Part shown: positions 9,477-19,900 of the stretch, piece after piece
How positions within the stretch are numbered: position 1 is the first letter of the stretch
Layout of the letters: every line of letters begins with the position of its first letter
DNA from: an uncultured Poribacteria bacterium
GTDB lineage: Bacteria > Poribacteria > WGA-4E > WGA-3G
Direction: 5' to 3'
DNA: 64,000 bases
Assembly: GCA_958296135.2 (NCBI GenBank)
Contig: CATQHZ020000001.1
Location: forward strand, 4,512,001 to 4,576,000
Notes under the pieces: model-generated
The model's database searches: none
Seen by the model: the letters and a program-made list of their open reading frames with translations, nothing else
What the model was told of the DNA's origin: nothing
Translations under genes and position numbers: made by a program

Positions 9477-10795
9477 TGAACTACGCACTCATCAGCAAGG
9501 TTATAGGAGACAGAGACCGGGGAAAACTGCGGGAAGGCGCGCGCCGGCTGGCGAAAATGGCGCATAAATACGGCATCCCGATAACATGGGCCATGGCCGC
9601 CGATACCGCCAGAACCTTGGCGAAGGACCTCACCGCATGGCACAACGAATCTGGCGATGAACCGTTGCTCATGGTGGACATCAAGCCGCTGTGGGACGCG
9701 AGCTGGCAGCACCACGTAGCGCGAGGGCAGGCCCCTCGCGATGCCTCAACCCAAACGCAAAACGGAGCGCGAGGGCCTGGGCCGGCCGGCCGCGCCCTTC
9801 CCATCGGGATAGAAACGGAATACCTCGCAGAACATCTCGTCAACATGCGGGAAAAGTTGCCGAAGTTCATCACAGCGGAGTGGGGCAAACTGACGCGGGC
9901 GATGCCGTGGGCGGAGCCGGGCACCGCAGGCGCAGTGTGGAAACATCACGTCCTACTTCACGCTTTGGAAAAAGCCGGGTTTCAGTGCCTCTGGGGATAC
10001 CATCACGAAAATGCCGAGACTGATAACGGCGCGCCTTTCGGATGCTTTTATCCATCGGCGGAACAGCACAACTTCAGCGCGCCATCAGCAGACGGGATAG
10101 TCGGTATCCCGTATCAATCACCACCGATAGAAAATGTCCGCGCCGCGCTTTTGAACGATACGCCGCTGCAGCAACTCAATATCTATCTGGAGAATTGCGC
10201 ATGGAACAGGTGGCTCGGCTACGTCGAACATATCAACGCGCTGGAAGTTGCAGAACTCGGAGAAGAGACGCTAGAACGGCTGGATGCCTATTTCGCTCAC
10301 GTCGCTGATGCGGAAACGATGAAGGTAGTACCGCTACCCGAAATGGTTCGCGATTACCGGACGAACTGCCAACGCACTGAGCCCACCTTTCTCCTTTATC
10401 GTCAGGGAACCGGGGAGTGTGCAACCGCAAAAAAAGCGGTTTTTTACTACGATGCTGAGTGTCAACTCACCTTCACCGAAGGCACAATGGAGCCGGTCGA
10501 AATGAAAAACTACGTCTCGCCACGGGGCGACGCGGCGATTGATGGTGCGGAGTATCATTTACCGAAAATAACGCAACTGCTGCCAACTCGACAGCGTTCG
10601 GAATTGCGAATCGCCTTGACGTTGGAATCGACAAAGGCGATGCCCTACGGCGTGGCGATTTGGGGAGACCACGGGGGATTGCGCCTCGCCAAGTCTAACG
10701 CCGAAGCAGTAGCATGGATAGGCGAACATCTGTTGTTCGCGCGCCTCGCCTTGCAACCCGGCAACAACGCATTTGAAATTATTTTAACGATTTGA
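9476..10795 (+). CDS. hypothetical protein, possibly polysaccharide-deacetylase/glycoside hydrolase-like barrel; contains a REP-derived insert
   Basis: ATG overlaps the aldolase stop (TAATG); HKYGIPITWA, LWGY, GAPFGCFYPS. Confidence 0.7.
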   Translation: MNYALISKVIGDRDRGKLREGARRLAKMAHKYGIPITWAMAADTARTLAKDLTAWHNESGDEPLLMVDIKPLWDASWQHHVARGQAPRDASTQTQNGARGPGPAGRALPIGIETEYLAEHLVNMREKLPKFITAEWGKLTRAMPWAEPGTAGAVWKHHVLLHALEKAGFQCLWGYHHENAETDNGAPFGCFYPSAEQHNFSAPSADGIVGIPYQSPPIENVRAALLNDTPLQQLNIYLENCAWNRWLGYVEHINALEVAELGEETLERLDAYFAHVADAETMKVVPLPEMVRDYRTNCQRTEPTFLLYRQGTGECATAKKAVFYYDAECQLTFTEGTMEPVEMKNYVSPRGDAAIDGAEYHLPKITQLLPTRQRSELRIALTLESTKAMPYGVAIWGDHGGLRLAKSNAEAVAWIGEHLLFARLALQPGNNAFEIILTI

Positions 10796-10916
10796 AAATC
10801 ACACGCACAACAATTCTGGGAGGCGCGCGCAGCTTGAAACCGCGCACGGATGAAGCTGCACGCTTACAAAACGCGCCCACGGGGTTTGTTCTGCGGCCGT
10901 CCTAAGGACTAAAAAA

Positions 10917-12149
10917 ATGGAAAAAGTTTTAGGTTTAAAATGCCGAGAATGTGAGCGGAGATATCCCAAAGAACCGCTCCACGTCTGCGAATTCTGTTTC
11001 GGACCGTTGGAAGTTGACTACAACTACGAAGTCATCCAAAAGTCCATATCCAGACGCTCTATTGAGCAGGGACCGGAAAGCCTGTGGCGATACGCCGCTC
11101 TCCTGCCGATTGATGAAGAACCCACTGCCGGGCTCCACTCCGGCTTTACGCCGCTCATTCACGCGAAAAACCTGGGCGACGCGCTCGGCGTGCCGGCACT
11201 CTATATCAAAGACGATTCAGTCTGCTACCCGACGCTCTCTTTCAAAGACCGGGTGGTGGCGATTGCGCTAAGCAAAGCGAAGGAATTCGATTTCGACACC
11301 GTCTCGTGCGCGTCCACCGGCAACTTGGCGAATTCTGTCGCAGCGCACGCCGCCATCGCCAATCTGAACTGCTACATCTTCATCCCCGCCGATTTGGAAC
11401 TCGGCAAAGTGGTCGCGTCGCTCGTCTACGCGCCCACCGTCGTCGGCATTATGGGCACCTACGATGAGGTAAACCGCCTCTGCAGTGAGATTGCAGGCGT
11501 ATACCCATGGGCGTTCGTCAACATTAACATCCGGCCCTTTTACGCCGAAGGTTCTAAAACGCTCTGCTTTGAACTCATCGAACAGTTAGGGTGGGAAGCA
11601 CCAGCCCACATCGTCGCACCCGCCGCCGGTGGCTCGCTCGTCACGAAAATCGGCAAGGCACTCAAGGAATTCCATCTGCTCGGATTAATTGATAAACCAA
11701 ACACCAAAATACACGTCGCGCAAGCGAAAGGGTGCGGGCCGATTGTTGACACGCTGAAAGCAGACAGCGATTTTGTCAAACCTGTCAAGCCGGACACCAT
11801 AGCGAAATCGTTAGCGATAGGGAATCCGGCGGATGGCATCTACGCCGCCGATACGGTTCGGAACTCCGGCGGCGCAGGCGAGCACGCAACCGATGAAGAC
11901 ATTATTGATGCCATAAAACTCCTCGCCGCCACCGAGGGAATTTTCACCGAAACAGCGGGCGGAGTCACGTTGGCTGTCACAAAAAAACTAATTGAGAGCG
12001 GCCACATCAGCCGGGACGAACGCGTTGTCGTCGCTATCACCGGCAACGGGCTCAAAACGGTGGAAGCACTCGAAAACCAGACGGAGGCACCGCACATCAT
12101 CGCACCACAGCTGAATGCCTTCCGGAAATTGATGGCGACGGTTGCATAG
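10917..12149 (+). CDS. thrC: threonine synthase
   Basis: CRECE...CEFCFGPL, PTLSFKDR (PLP Lys), ASTGNLANS, ITGNGLK. Confidence 0.93.
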   Translation: MEKVLGLKCRECERRYPKEPLHVCEFCFGPLEVDYNYEVIQKSISRRSIEQGPESLWRYAALLPIDEEPTAGLHSGFTPLIHAKNLGDALGVPALYIKDDSVCYPTLSFKDRVVAIALSKAKEFDFDTVSCASTGNLANSVAAHAAIANLNCYIFIPADLELGKVVASLVYAPTVVGIMGTYDEVNRLCSEIAGVYPWAFVNINIRPFYAEGSKTLCFELIEQLGWEAPAHIVAPAAGGSLVTKIGKALKEFHLLGLIDKPNTKIHVAQAKGCGPIVDTLKADSDFVKPVKPDTIAKSLAIGNPADGIYAADTVRNSGGAGEHATDEDIIDAIKLLAATEGIFTETAGGVTLAVTKKLIESGHISRDERVVVAITGNGLKTVEALENQTEAPHIIAPQLNAFRKLMATVA

Positions 12150-12266
12150 GCCCTGTAGGCGGGAACTCCAGAACTCGATGTTAGAAGAATCAAGACAGGG
12201 AGAATGCGCCTACTGGCACCTGAGACGAACCCAATCTACGATGGGGAATGTGGCATAACAGACATC

Positions 12267-13355
12267 ATGATAAAACCGAAACCCGGCATCGAAACCATCC
12301 AACCGTATCAGGGCGGTAAACCGGTCGAAGAAGTCCAGCGCGAATTGGGTATCGCTGACATTATCAAGTTGGCATCCAACGAAAACCCGCTGGGGCCCTC
12401 GCCGTTAGCGGTGCAAGCCATCGCGGAAAATGCAACACAGGTGCATCTCTATCCCGATGGCAACGCCTACTACCTCAAGGCAGAACTGGCGAAACATGTA
12501 GGCGTTTCAGCCGAGCACCTGATTCTAGGGAACGGCTCCAACGATGTGCTGCAACTCGTCGGGGAAGCATACCTCGCACCCGGCGATGAGGCTATCTACG
12601 CGGCGGGGGCCTTCATCGTCTATCACCTCGTGACGAAAATTTGCGGCGCGACTGCAGTTGTCGTCCCGATGCAGGACGATACACACCACCTACCGGCGAT
12701 GGCGGCAGCAATCACGAAGAAAACGAAGGTTATCTTCATCGCCAATCCGAACAACCCTACCGGGACGATGGTAACAGCGGACGAAACGGCGGCGTTTATG
12801 GCACAGGTGCCAGAAAACGTGCTCGTCGTTTTCGACGAGGCCTACTACGAATACGTCACGCGCACCGATTATCCGCAGACGCTGCCTTACATCTTGGAAG
12901 GACGCAACGTCCTCATCACGCGCACTTTTTCCAAGATTTACGGGCTAGCGGGACTTCGCATCGGTTACGGCATCGCGCCGCCGGCGATAGGTGAAACGCT
13001 GAATCGCGTGCGGCAGCCCTTTAATTGCAACTTGGTGGGACAGGCGGCGGCACGTGCCGCCCTCAAAGATACCGCGCACGTCCAAGAGAGTCAGCGGCAC
13101 AACGCAGCGGGAAAAACTCTCTTGGACAACGCGCTTGACGAGCTCGGGGTGGGTTATATCCCAACCGAAGGCAATTTTATTATGCTGCATCTGAATAACT
13201 CGGGGGCCAGCATCGCCAACGCGTTGATGAGAAAAGGTGTCATCGTCCGTCCGATGGCAGGCTACGGTTATCCTAATGCGATTCGAGTCACGATTGGCAG
13301 GCAGGCGGAAAATGAGCGGTTCATCGCGGGACTAGGAGAAGCGATAAGGCGATAG
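12267..13355 (+). CDS. hisC: histidinol-phosphate aminotransferase
   Basis: KLASNENPLG, ANPNNPTG, DEAYYEY, RTFSKIYGLAGLRIGY. Start may be 12204. Confidence 0.95.
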   Translation: MIKPKPGIETIQPYQGGKPVEEVQRELGIADIIKLASNENPLGPSPLAVQAIAENATQVHLYPDGNAYYLKAELAKHVGVSAEHLILGNGSNDVLQLVGEAYLAPGDEAIYAAGAFIVYHLVTKICGATAVVVPMQDDTHHLPAMAAAITKKTKVIFIANPNNPTGTMVTADETAAFMAQVPENVLVVFDEAYYEYVTRTDYPQTLPYILEGRNVLITRTFSKIYGLAGLRIGYGIAPPAIGETLNRVRQPFNCNLVGQAAARAALKDTAHVQESQRHNAAGKTLLDNALDELGVGYIPTEGNFIMLHLNNSGASIANALMRKGVIVRPMAGYGYPNAIRVTIGRQAENERFIAGLGEAIRR

Positions 13356-13487
13356 GTGAAGAACACCTGACGTTTCAAGTCACTCATCGCCGTAGCGCGA
13401 GGGAAAACCTGTCCCTCGCCACAACGAACGCGGCAGACATGCCCCCACGATACGAACTCATTTGCAGGAAACCCTAAAACGAAAACT

Positions 13488-14594
13488 ATGAAAGAAATCC
13501 TCCAAATCAGCAACAAACGGCCCACCCGGAAAATTAGCGTGGGCGATATCCCCATCGGTGGCGGCAGTCCTATCTCTATCCAGACGATGACGACAACGCT
13601 GACGCACGACATCGATGCTACGCTCGCGCAGGTAGAACGATGCGCAGCGGCAGGCGCGCAGATTGTCCGGGTCGCTGTCCCGGAACAGAAGGATGCGAAC
13701 GCGCTCAGCACGCTTGTCAAACGCGCACCGGTGCCAATCGTGTCGGACATTCATTTCAATTACCGCTATGCGCTCGCCGCGGTGGACGCAGGCATCGCGA
13801 AGGTGCGCATCAACCCCGGCAACATCGGTAGTGAAGAACGGATTCAACAGGTGTTGTCTGCCGCCAAAGCGGCGAATATCCCCATTCGCATCGGGGTAAA
13901 CGAAGGTTCGCTTGAGAAGGACCTGTTGGAGAAATACCCCTCGCCGACAGCGGACGCACTCGTTGAGAGCGCGATGCGGCACGTCAAGATCTGCGAGGCA
14001 CACGATTTCAGGGACATCGCCATCTCCGTCAAATCCAGTGATGCGCTGCGGATGATAGCGGCGAACCGGATGCTCTCGGCAAAGGTGCGTTACCCGCTGC
14101 ACCTCGGGGTGACAGAAGCAGGCACGCCACGGCGCGCGCATGTCAAATCGACGCTTGGCATCGGCACACTGCTGTTGGAAGGCATCGGCGATACCATCCG
14201 CATCTCTATCACAGGAGACCCGGTTGAAGAAGTCTTGACAGCGAAGGAGCTCCTGCGGACCCTCGGCATGGCGGAAGATATGCTTGATGTCGTCTCCTGC
14301 CCCTTCTGTGGACGGGGAGACCCCGAGGCAGATTACGAGAACATCGTCTCCATGGCAGAGGAACTCCTGGAAAAACACGGCATCAAAATCCCAGTGGCGG
14401 TGATGGGGTGTGAAGTCAACGGACCGGGGGAGACCCGCAATGCTGAAGTCGGCATCCATCTCGGTGGGAAGGAGCTCGCCGTGCTGAAGGTGCGCGGCGA
14501 ACGGGTGAGGACGTTCCGCGGCAAAGCCGAAGTCAATCCGCAGTTTCTGGCAAATGCGTTGTTAGAAGCGGCGCAGCAATTACAAAAAGGTTAA
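13488..14594 (+). CDS. ispG: 4-hydroxy-3-methylbut-2-en-1-yl diphosphate synthase
   Basis: DIHF, RINPGNIG, RIGVN.GSL, HLGVTEAG, CPFCGR, MGCEVNGPGE. Confidence 0.96.
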   Translation: MKEILQISNKRPTRKISVGDIPIGGGSPISIQTMTTTLTHDIDATLAQVERCAAAGAQIVRVAVPEQKDANALSTLVKRAPVPIVSDIHFNYRYALAAVDAGIAKVRINPGNIGSEERIQQVLSAAKAANIPIRIGVNEGSLEKDLLEKYPSPTADALVESAMRHVKICEAHDFRDIAISVKSSDALRMIAANRMLSAKVRYPLHLGVTEAGTPRRAHVKSTLGIGTLLLEGIGDTIRISITGDPVEEVLTAKELLRTLGMAEDMLDVVSCPFCGRGDPEADYENIVSMAEELLEKHGIKIPVAVMGCEVNGPGETRNAEVGIHLGGKELAVLKVRGERVRTFRGKAEVNPQFLANALLEAAQQLQKG

Positions 14595-14847
14595 CTGCTA
14601 CGCCGTAGCACGAAGCCTTGTCCCTCGCGCTCTTCGCAGATGCACGAACCGAACGGACGACAGATTCAGGATACACTCTGCTTCTTGCTGTTCGGTGACA
14701 ACCGCAATGAGGGCATCAATTTTCGCATCCTGCCGATCGGCGCGCGTCGCCCAGTCACATCGGGCATCCACCTCGCGAAACAGCTCAGCAGTATGCTCCT
14801 TAATCAACTCAATCTGCTCGAAGGAAAAAATAAACTCCCTCAAAAAA

Positions 14848-16518
14848 ATGCATTTCCTTCAAAAATCTATCAAATCCATCGTTATCCAGACCGGGGCTTT
14901 AGGGCTATTTTTCTTCGGATACCATAAATTCCTGGGCTACGCGATGCGAGAGGCATCGATTAACATCGGCGCAGTGAAATTTAACAGCCATTTCGTGCCG
15001 CTTTATGCCGAACCGCGCGTCGATTTGCATTGGTGGCTCTTGCCTGCTATTCTCGTGTGCATCGGGTTTCTGGTAATCTGCCGGAGGTATTTCGTCACGG
15101 ATGAGGCAGACGACTTGGGATTTCGACACGGCTCAAGCGCAGTTGAAAACCGCGCCTACGGGGGAATGAGTGCGACATTTGAAAACCGCGCCTACGGGGG
15201 ACGTTCGCCACTTATCTGGATAGCTGTTGGCTGCTTCATCGTCATCCACATCAGCATCGCGCAGATTGATGGGTATCGCGAGAAGGATGATGGGGAACGG
15301 ATTTTGGCTCTTTTGGAGCCTTACACGCGCACGTCCCTGGAATACTACGGGGACGTGCCGCGGGTTGATGAGAAGGGCCTCCGCGGATTTTTGCGGGGCT
15401 ACAGCGAACCGGCGTTTTTCAATACGCTCTCCGGGCACACCCGCACGCATCCACCGGGGGGAGTGATATTTTTGTGGGGTGTCAGCAAGTTATTCGGCTA
15501 TAACTTGGTATCAGCATCGCTGGTATCAATTCTGTTTACAGCGTTGACAGTCATCCCGATTTATCGGCTGGGGACGCGGCTTTACGGAGAGAAAGTTGGG
15601 CGATACGCGCTCGCGCTCTTCCTCATCACGCCGAACTTTGTCATGTTTACCGGCACGTCGATGGACGGCCCCTTCAGCGTCTTTCCTATCCTCAGCCTCT
15701 ATCTCTTCTACAAAGCCATCGCTTTGCATCCACTCAAGACGGGACTTCCTTCCGCCGCACCGACAGAACGCGATGAGCATCGAGTGGAGTTCCTCTACCG
15801 TTTCTTTACGGAAAAGCGGCGGAATCGGTTGAAGGAGATTCGGCAGCAGTTACGAACGTGGAACGTCTATAGCTTGCTGACAGGGATTTCGCTGGCCCTC
15901 GGCATGTTCATGACGTATTCTACCGTGGTTATCGGAATTTTTCTTTGCGTTTTGACGTTGTTGCCCGTTGCGCGCTTGGAAAGCGAGCCCGCCGGGAATT
16001 GGCGCGGCAACTTCGTTCGGCATACGAAAGTGCTGTTGGTAGCAGGCGCGGGGTTTGTCGCGTTTTATCTACTGCTCTTCGTGCTGACAGGGTTCCGGCC
16101 GATTGAGGCACTCTGGGCAGCAATTAAGAAAGATGAGGCGGGAATGGGCACCGGATATGAAAGCATTGAGCGATATTTCCATATCAGCTTCGCAAATCTG
16201 TTCGCGTTCCTAATCGGCGTTGGCCTCCCGATAACGACTGTTTGGCTGCGGCAATTAGTGAAGACAGCGCGCGCCTGTAGGGAAAACGGAACGAACGACA
16301 CGTTTGTCATCGGCTACGTGATAACGCTCCTCTTCTTTGCCTTTTCAACGCTGTTCACGATGGAGGTAGAACGCATCTGGATTTTCATGGTGCCGTTTCT
16401 GGTTATCCCCGTTGCGAGATATCTCACGGAGCGGCCCCGCGCGGATTTCTATTGGGTGGCGGGGATGTTGGTTGTCCAACTGATTGTGTCTGAGGTATTG
16501 CTGTATACGTATTGGTAG
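14848..16518 (+). CDS. multi-pass membrane GT-C glycosyltransferase (GT39/PMT-like)
   Basis: Many hydrophobic helices, THPPG, SMDG, EVERIW; REP-derived insert at 15137-15201. Confidence 0.75.
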   Translation: MHFLQKSIKSIVIQTGALGLFFFGYHKFLGYAMREASINIGAVKFNSHFVPLYAEPRVDLHWWLLPAILVCIGFLVICRRYFVTDEADDLGFRHGSSAVENRAYGGMSATFENRAYGGRSPLIWIAVGCFIVIHISIAQIDGYREKDDGERILALLEPYTRTSLEYYGDVPRVDEKGLRGFLRGYSEPAFFNTLSGHTRTHPPGGVIFLWGVSKLFGYNLVSASLVSILFTALTVIPIYRLGTRLYGEKVGRYALALFLITPNFVMFTGTSMDGPFSVFPILSLYLFYKAIALHPLKTGLPSAAPTERDEHRVEFLYRFFTEKRRNRLKEIRQQLRTWNVYSLLTGISLALGMFMTYSTVVIGIFLCVLTLLPVARLESEPAGNWRGNFVRHTKVLLVAGAGFVAFYLLLFVLTGFRPIEALWAAIKKDEAGMGTGYESIERYFHISFANLFAFLIGVGLPITTVWLRQLVKTARACRENGTNDTFVIGYVITLLFFAFSTLFTMEVERIWIFMVPFLVIPVARYLTERPRADFYWVAGMLVVQLIVSEVLLYTYW

Positions 16519-16642
16519 TCTGTCTGAATCAGGATAGACAAGATTTCAGGATTTTTCCGGATTAGGAACTGTTCGCGCGATGAAACTCGCTTAGGGCTGA
16601 CGAACCTAAAGCGGGCCCTTCCTAACGAATCGGTATAAAACA

Positions 16643-17788
16643 TTGCGGATTATTTACGTCATCGATTCCATGACAAAAGACGGTGCCGAATCGCAGTTAC
16701 ACAAGAACTTAGCGCGGTTATCACCAGCCCGGTATGAGGCTTACGTTGTGCTGAGCCGTGCCATGGGAGCACGCGCAGACAAACTTGCCGCCATCCCCTG
16801 TGTGCAAGAAGTCTCCCCCATTGTGCCGGAAGGCAAACGCGCGACGCTCCTCGAAAAAGCGTTCATCTTGGGCGGCATTGTGAAGGCACTCCAGCCGAAC
16901 CTCGTGCATAGCTGGCTGTGGTACTCCAATTTTCTGTGCGGCTTCTCCCGAAAACTCGGTTTTTGGAGAAGCGTGCCGTTCATCGCATCGCAACGCGGCG
17001 ATTACCACGCGAGATACGGTAAACTCCGGCTCTGGTTCACTGAAAAATTCATCTACCACACCGCGGATACCTTGCTGACGAATTCGGAACACATTCAGCG
17101 AAGCCTCTGTCAACGGTACCCGGACAAAAAGATTTTTGCTATCCCCAATCTGCTGGAACTACCGGATTGTAACGACAGTTTGCTATATCTGTCCGATGCG
17201 CGCGACTCAGACGAAAAACGGATTGTGAGCACCGGGAGATTCGCACCAGAGAAGGGGCACCGTTATCTCATAGAGGCGTTAAGTTTGCTCAAGGAAGCGC
17301 GCTTACAACGCATGTCTACCGGGGAAAGCGCATTAACGTGGCGATGCACATTCCTCGGCGAAGGCGAATTGGAGGCGGAACTGCGCGGGCTCGCAGCGAA
17401 ATATCACATCACCGAACAGATGGCGTTCCCAGGCTTTTGCGACGATGTGTTCCCCGTGCTTGCGACAGCTGATGCCTTCGTGCTTCCCTCTCTACACGAG
17501 AGCTCGCCGAACGCCTTAATCGAGGCAATGGGCATCGGATTGCCGTGCATCGCATCGGAAGTGGGCGGCATCCCAGACCTGATTGAGGACGGGAAAAATG
17601 GGCTCTGTGTCCCGCCAAAAGAGCCTGAAGCGTTGGCGGCGGCACTGCATCGGGTGTTGACTGAGCCAGACTTTGCGCGCGAACTCGGCAGAAACGCGCG
17701 ACTGACTATCCAGCAGAGATTCAACAACGACGAATCTATCCGAAAACTGGAAGAGATTTATAGGACATCCGCGGCACGAACCCCGTAG
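16643..17788 (+). CDS. GT4 glycosyltransferase
   Basis: GAESQL, GRFAPEKGH, FVLPS.HESSPNALIEAM, VGGIPDLI. Confidence 0.92.
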   Translation: MRIIYVIDSMTKDGAESQLHKNLARLSPARYEAYVVLSRAMGARADKLAAIPCVQEVSPIVPEGKRATLLEKAFILGGIVKALQPNLVHSWLWYSNFLCGFSRKLGFWRSVPFIASQRGDYHARYGKLRLWFTEKFIYHTADTLLTNSEHIQRSLCQRYPDKKIFAIPNLLELPDCNDSLLYLSDARDSDEKRIVSTGRFAPEKGHRYLIEALSLLKEARLQRMSTGESALTWRCTFLGEGELEAELRGLAAKYHITEQMAFPGFCDDVFPVLATADAFVLPSLHESSPNALIEAMGIGLPCIASEVGGIPDLIEDGKNGLCVPPKEPEALAAALHRVLTEPDFARELGRNARLTIQQRFNNDESIRKLEEIYRTSAARTP

Positions 17789-17894
17789 GCGCGATTTCAA
17801 ACCGCGCACAGTCGCACCGTCACCACCGGTAAGAACAGATTTCCATATCTGTCCCTATGACAACGTCAATAACAGCTATACGAAGAGAAATGGG

Positions 17895-18833
17895 ATGACA
17901 CAGAAAACGTTAACGAACGCCTCGCGACTGACAAAAAACGTCATCGCATCGGTAGTCTGTTTATCAGGGATGCCTTTCCTCATTCGGGAATGGCTGTGCC
18001 GTGATAAGGTGACGATGCTGATGTATCACGATGCGAAGCCAGCGGTGTTTCGGAAGCATCTCGCCTACCTCTCGCGGCATTACACCCTTATTTCGCTAGA
18101 TAGACTCGTTGATGCCATCTACCAATCGGATTTCTCGCAGCTGCCGCGGAAGAGCATCGTCATTACCTTTGACGATGGACATGCAGGTAACTTCGCAATG
18201 CTGCCGATTTTCAAGGAATTCGGCATTCGCCCGACGCTCTACGTCTGCACACAGATTATCAACACGCATCGGCACTTCTGGTTCAAAATCACCGGGCAAT
18301 CCAAGCGGGACAAAGCGCGGCTAAAGAAAATGGCGAATTCAGAACGCTTGGCGCGACTCAAGCGCGATGCAGACTTTGAACCGGAAAAGGAATTTACAGA
18401 ACGGCAGGCTCTCAATCTGGACGAATTGACAGCGATGGCACCGCACGTTGATTTGCAACCGCACACCCAATTCCATCCGATTTTGCCGCGCTGCACAGAG
18501 ACTGAATGTGAACAAGAAATTCTCGGAAGCAAGCAGGATTTGGAACGGCTTTTGGGAGAAACGTGCAACCATTTCAGCTATCCGAACGGCGATTATTCGG
18601 CGCGCGAGATTGAGGTTGTCAAGACGGCAGGCTTCCGTTCCGCACGCACGACAGAGATTGGGTGGAACACACCGAGAACTGTCCCGTATCACCTGAAGGT
18701 TATCCCCATGACAGATAACGCAGGCCCTATCCTCTTCCGCGCCGAGTTGACTACAATTCCGCAGCGGCTTTTTCGGCTGTTTGCGGCGCTGATGTCATTG
18801 CAATTTGCGGGACTGACGCAGAACGCCCGCTGA
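17895..18833 (+). CDS. polysaccharide deacetylase (NodB/CE4)
   Basis: LMYH, ITFDDG, HTQFHP, FSYPNG. Confidence 0.9.
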   Translation: MTQKTLTNASRLTKNVIASVVCLSGMPFLIREWLCRDKVTMLMYHDAKPAVFRKHLAYLSRHYTLISLDRLVDAIYQSDFSQLPRKSIVITFDDGHAGNFAMLPIFKEFGIRPTLYVCTQIINTHRHFWFKITGQSKRDKARLKKMANSERLARLKRDADFEPEKEFTERQALNLDELTAMAPHVDLQPHTQFHPILPRCTETECEQEILGSKQDLERLLGETCNHFSYPNGDYSAREIEVVKTAGFRSARTTEIGWNTPRTVPYHLKVIPMTDNAGPILFRAELTTIPQRLFRLFAALMSLQFAGLTQNAR

Positions 18834-18857
18834 CAGAAAATTGATTCGTCCTGAGAC

Positions 18858-18886
18858 TTGACAACAAAAACGGTTTTCGTTATTAT
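18858..18886 (+). promoter_or_regulatory. sigma-70 promoter
   Basis: TTGACA-17 nt-TATTAT upstream of the LamG gene. Confidence 0.6.
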
Positions 18887-18917
18887 CTCTCTATACAATT
18901 CCAATAGGAGGAAAATC

Positions 18918-19706
18918 ATGAAATATTTATCGCTAATTTTAATGCTCGCCGTGGTCTGCAGCACTTACGCGTCGGCGGATTTGCTGGAAGGGCTCGTGCT
19001 TTACATGCCCCTTGATGAAGGCAGCGGCACGAGCACCGAAGACTTTTCGGAGAATGGGTTCACCGGTGAACTCAACGGCGGTGCAAACTGGGTAGATGGC
19101 AAATTCGGGAAGGCTCTCCAATTCAGCGCGTCTGCTGATTTCGTCGCCGTTGCAGACCACGAGGCATTTCACATCGAAGGGGCAATCACGCAAGCCGCGT
19201 GGATTAACCTCGACCGGCTGCCGAGCGCGCACGCCATTATCTTCGGCACCCGCGCGGGAGGTGGCGGCAGAAACATCGGATTCGGATTCGGCACAAATCC
19301 AGCAAACGGCATTAAGGTCTGGACGAACGGTGCCGGCGGTGGGTTCTTGGACATCAACGACAACGAAACCGCGCTGGACACCGGCAAGTGGTATTATCTC
19401 GCCTATACCCATACCTCGGATAACAACGGGCTGGTGGAAATCTACGTTGATGGCGAACTGACACACGCGCAGGATTCCAACAATCCAGTCGCGCCATCGG
19501 AGACAACGAGTAGCATCCAGATTGGCACCTGGTCAGGAGAAGCATGGCCGGGTATCGTTGACGAAGTCCGTCTTTGGAACCGTGCGCTCTCCGCTGACGA
19601 GGTGAAAGAGAGCATGGAGTTGGGGATGGCAGCATTCTTCTTAACCGCTGTCGATCCGCAAGACAAACTTGCCACTTCGTGGGGCAACATTAAGCGACTG
19701 CGTTAA
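18918..19706 (+). CDS. secreted LamG-like (concanavalin A-like lectin/glucanase) protein
   Basis: Signal peptide, WVDGKFGKALQF, W.YLA.T, IYVDG, GIVDEVRLWNRALS, C-terminal KLATSWGNIK; RBS AGGAGG. Confidence 0.92.
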   Translation: MKYLSLILMLAVVCSTYASADLLEGLVLYMPLDEGSGTSTEDFSENGFTGELNGGANWVDGKFGKALQFSASADFVAVADHEAFHIEGAITQAAWINLDRLPSAHAIIFGTRAGGGGRNIGFGFGTNPANGIKVWTNGAGGGFLDINDNETALDTGKWYYLAYTHTSDNNGLVEIYVDGELTHAQDSNNPVAPSETTSSIQIGTWSGEAWPGIVDEVRLWNRALSADEVKESMELGMAAFFLTAVDPQDKLATSWGNIKRLR

Positions 19707-19900
19707 ATCAAAATCGCATACCTTTCAACAGCGTCACAGAGAGTTCCTTTCAGTCAGAAAGGAGTTCGTCAGTCGGGCTCGCCCGAGCCCGACTCCGCTC
19801 ACGTGCCGCTGTCATTCGCACCCTGCAGTAAGGGCAGATTTCTCTCTACCCGCAAGTCAAAATACCCCGTTTCTTTGAAGCCATCCAACAGGAACAGAAT

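Noticed and set aside
13458-14459. 333-aa minus-strand ORF
   Set aside because: Antisense shadow of ispG.
19740-19860. Possible riboswitch or ncRNA after the LamG gene
   Set aside because: Consecutive simple hairpins, one shared with about 23958-23973 and one GTAA-type REP; no known aptamer consensus recognised.
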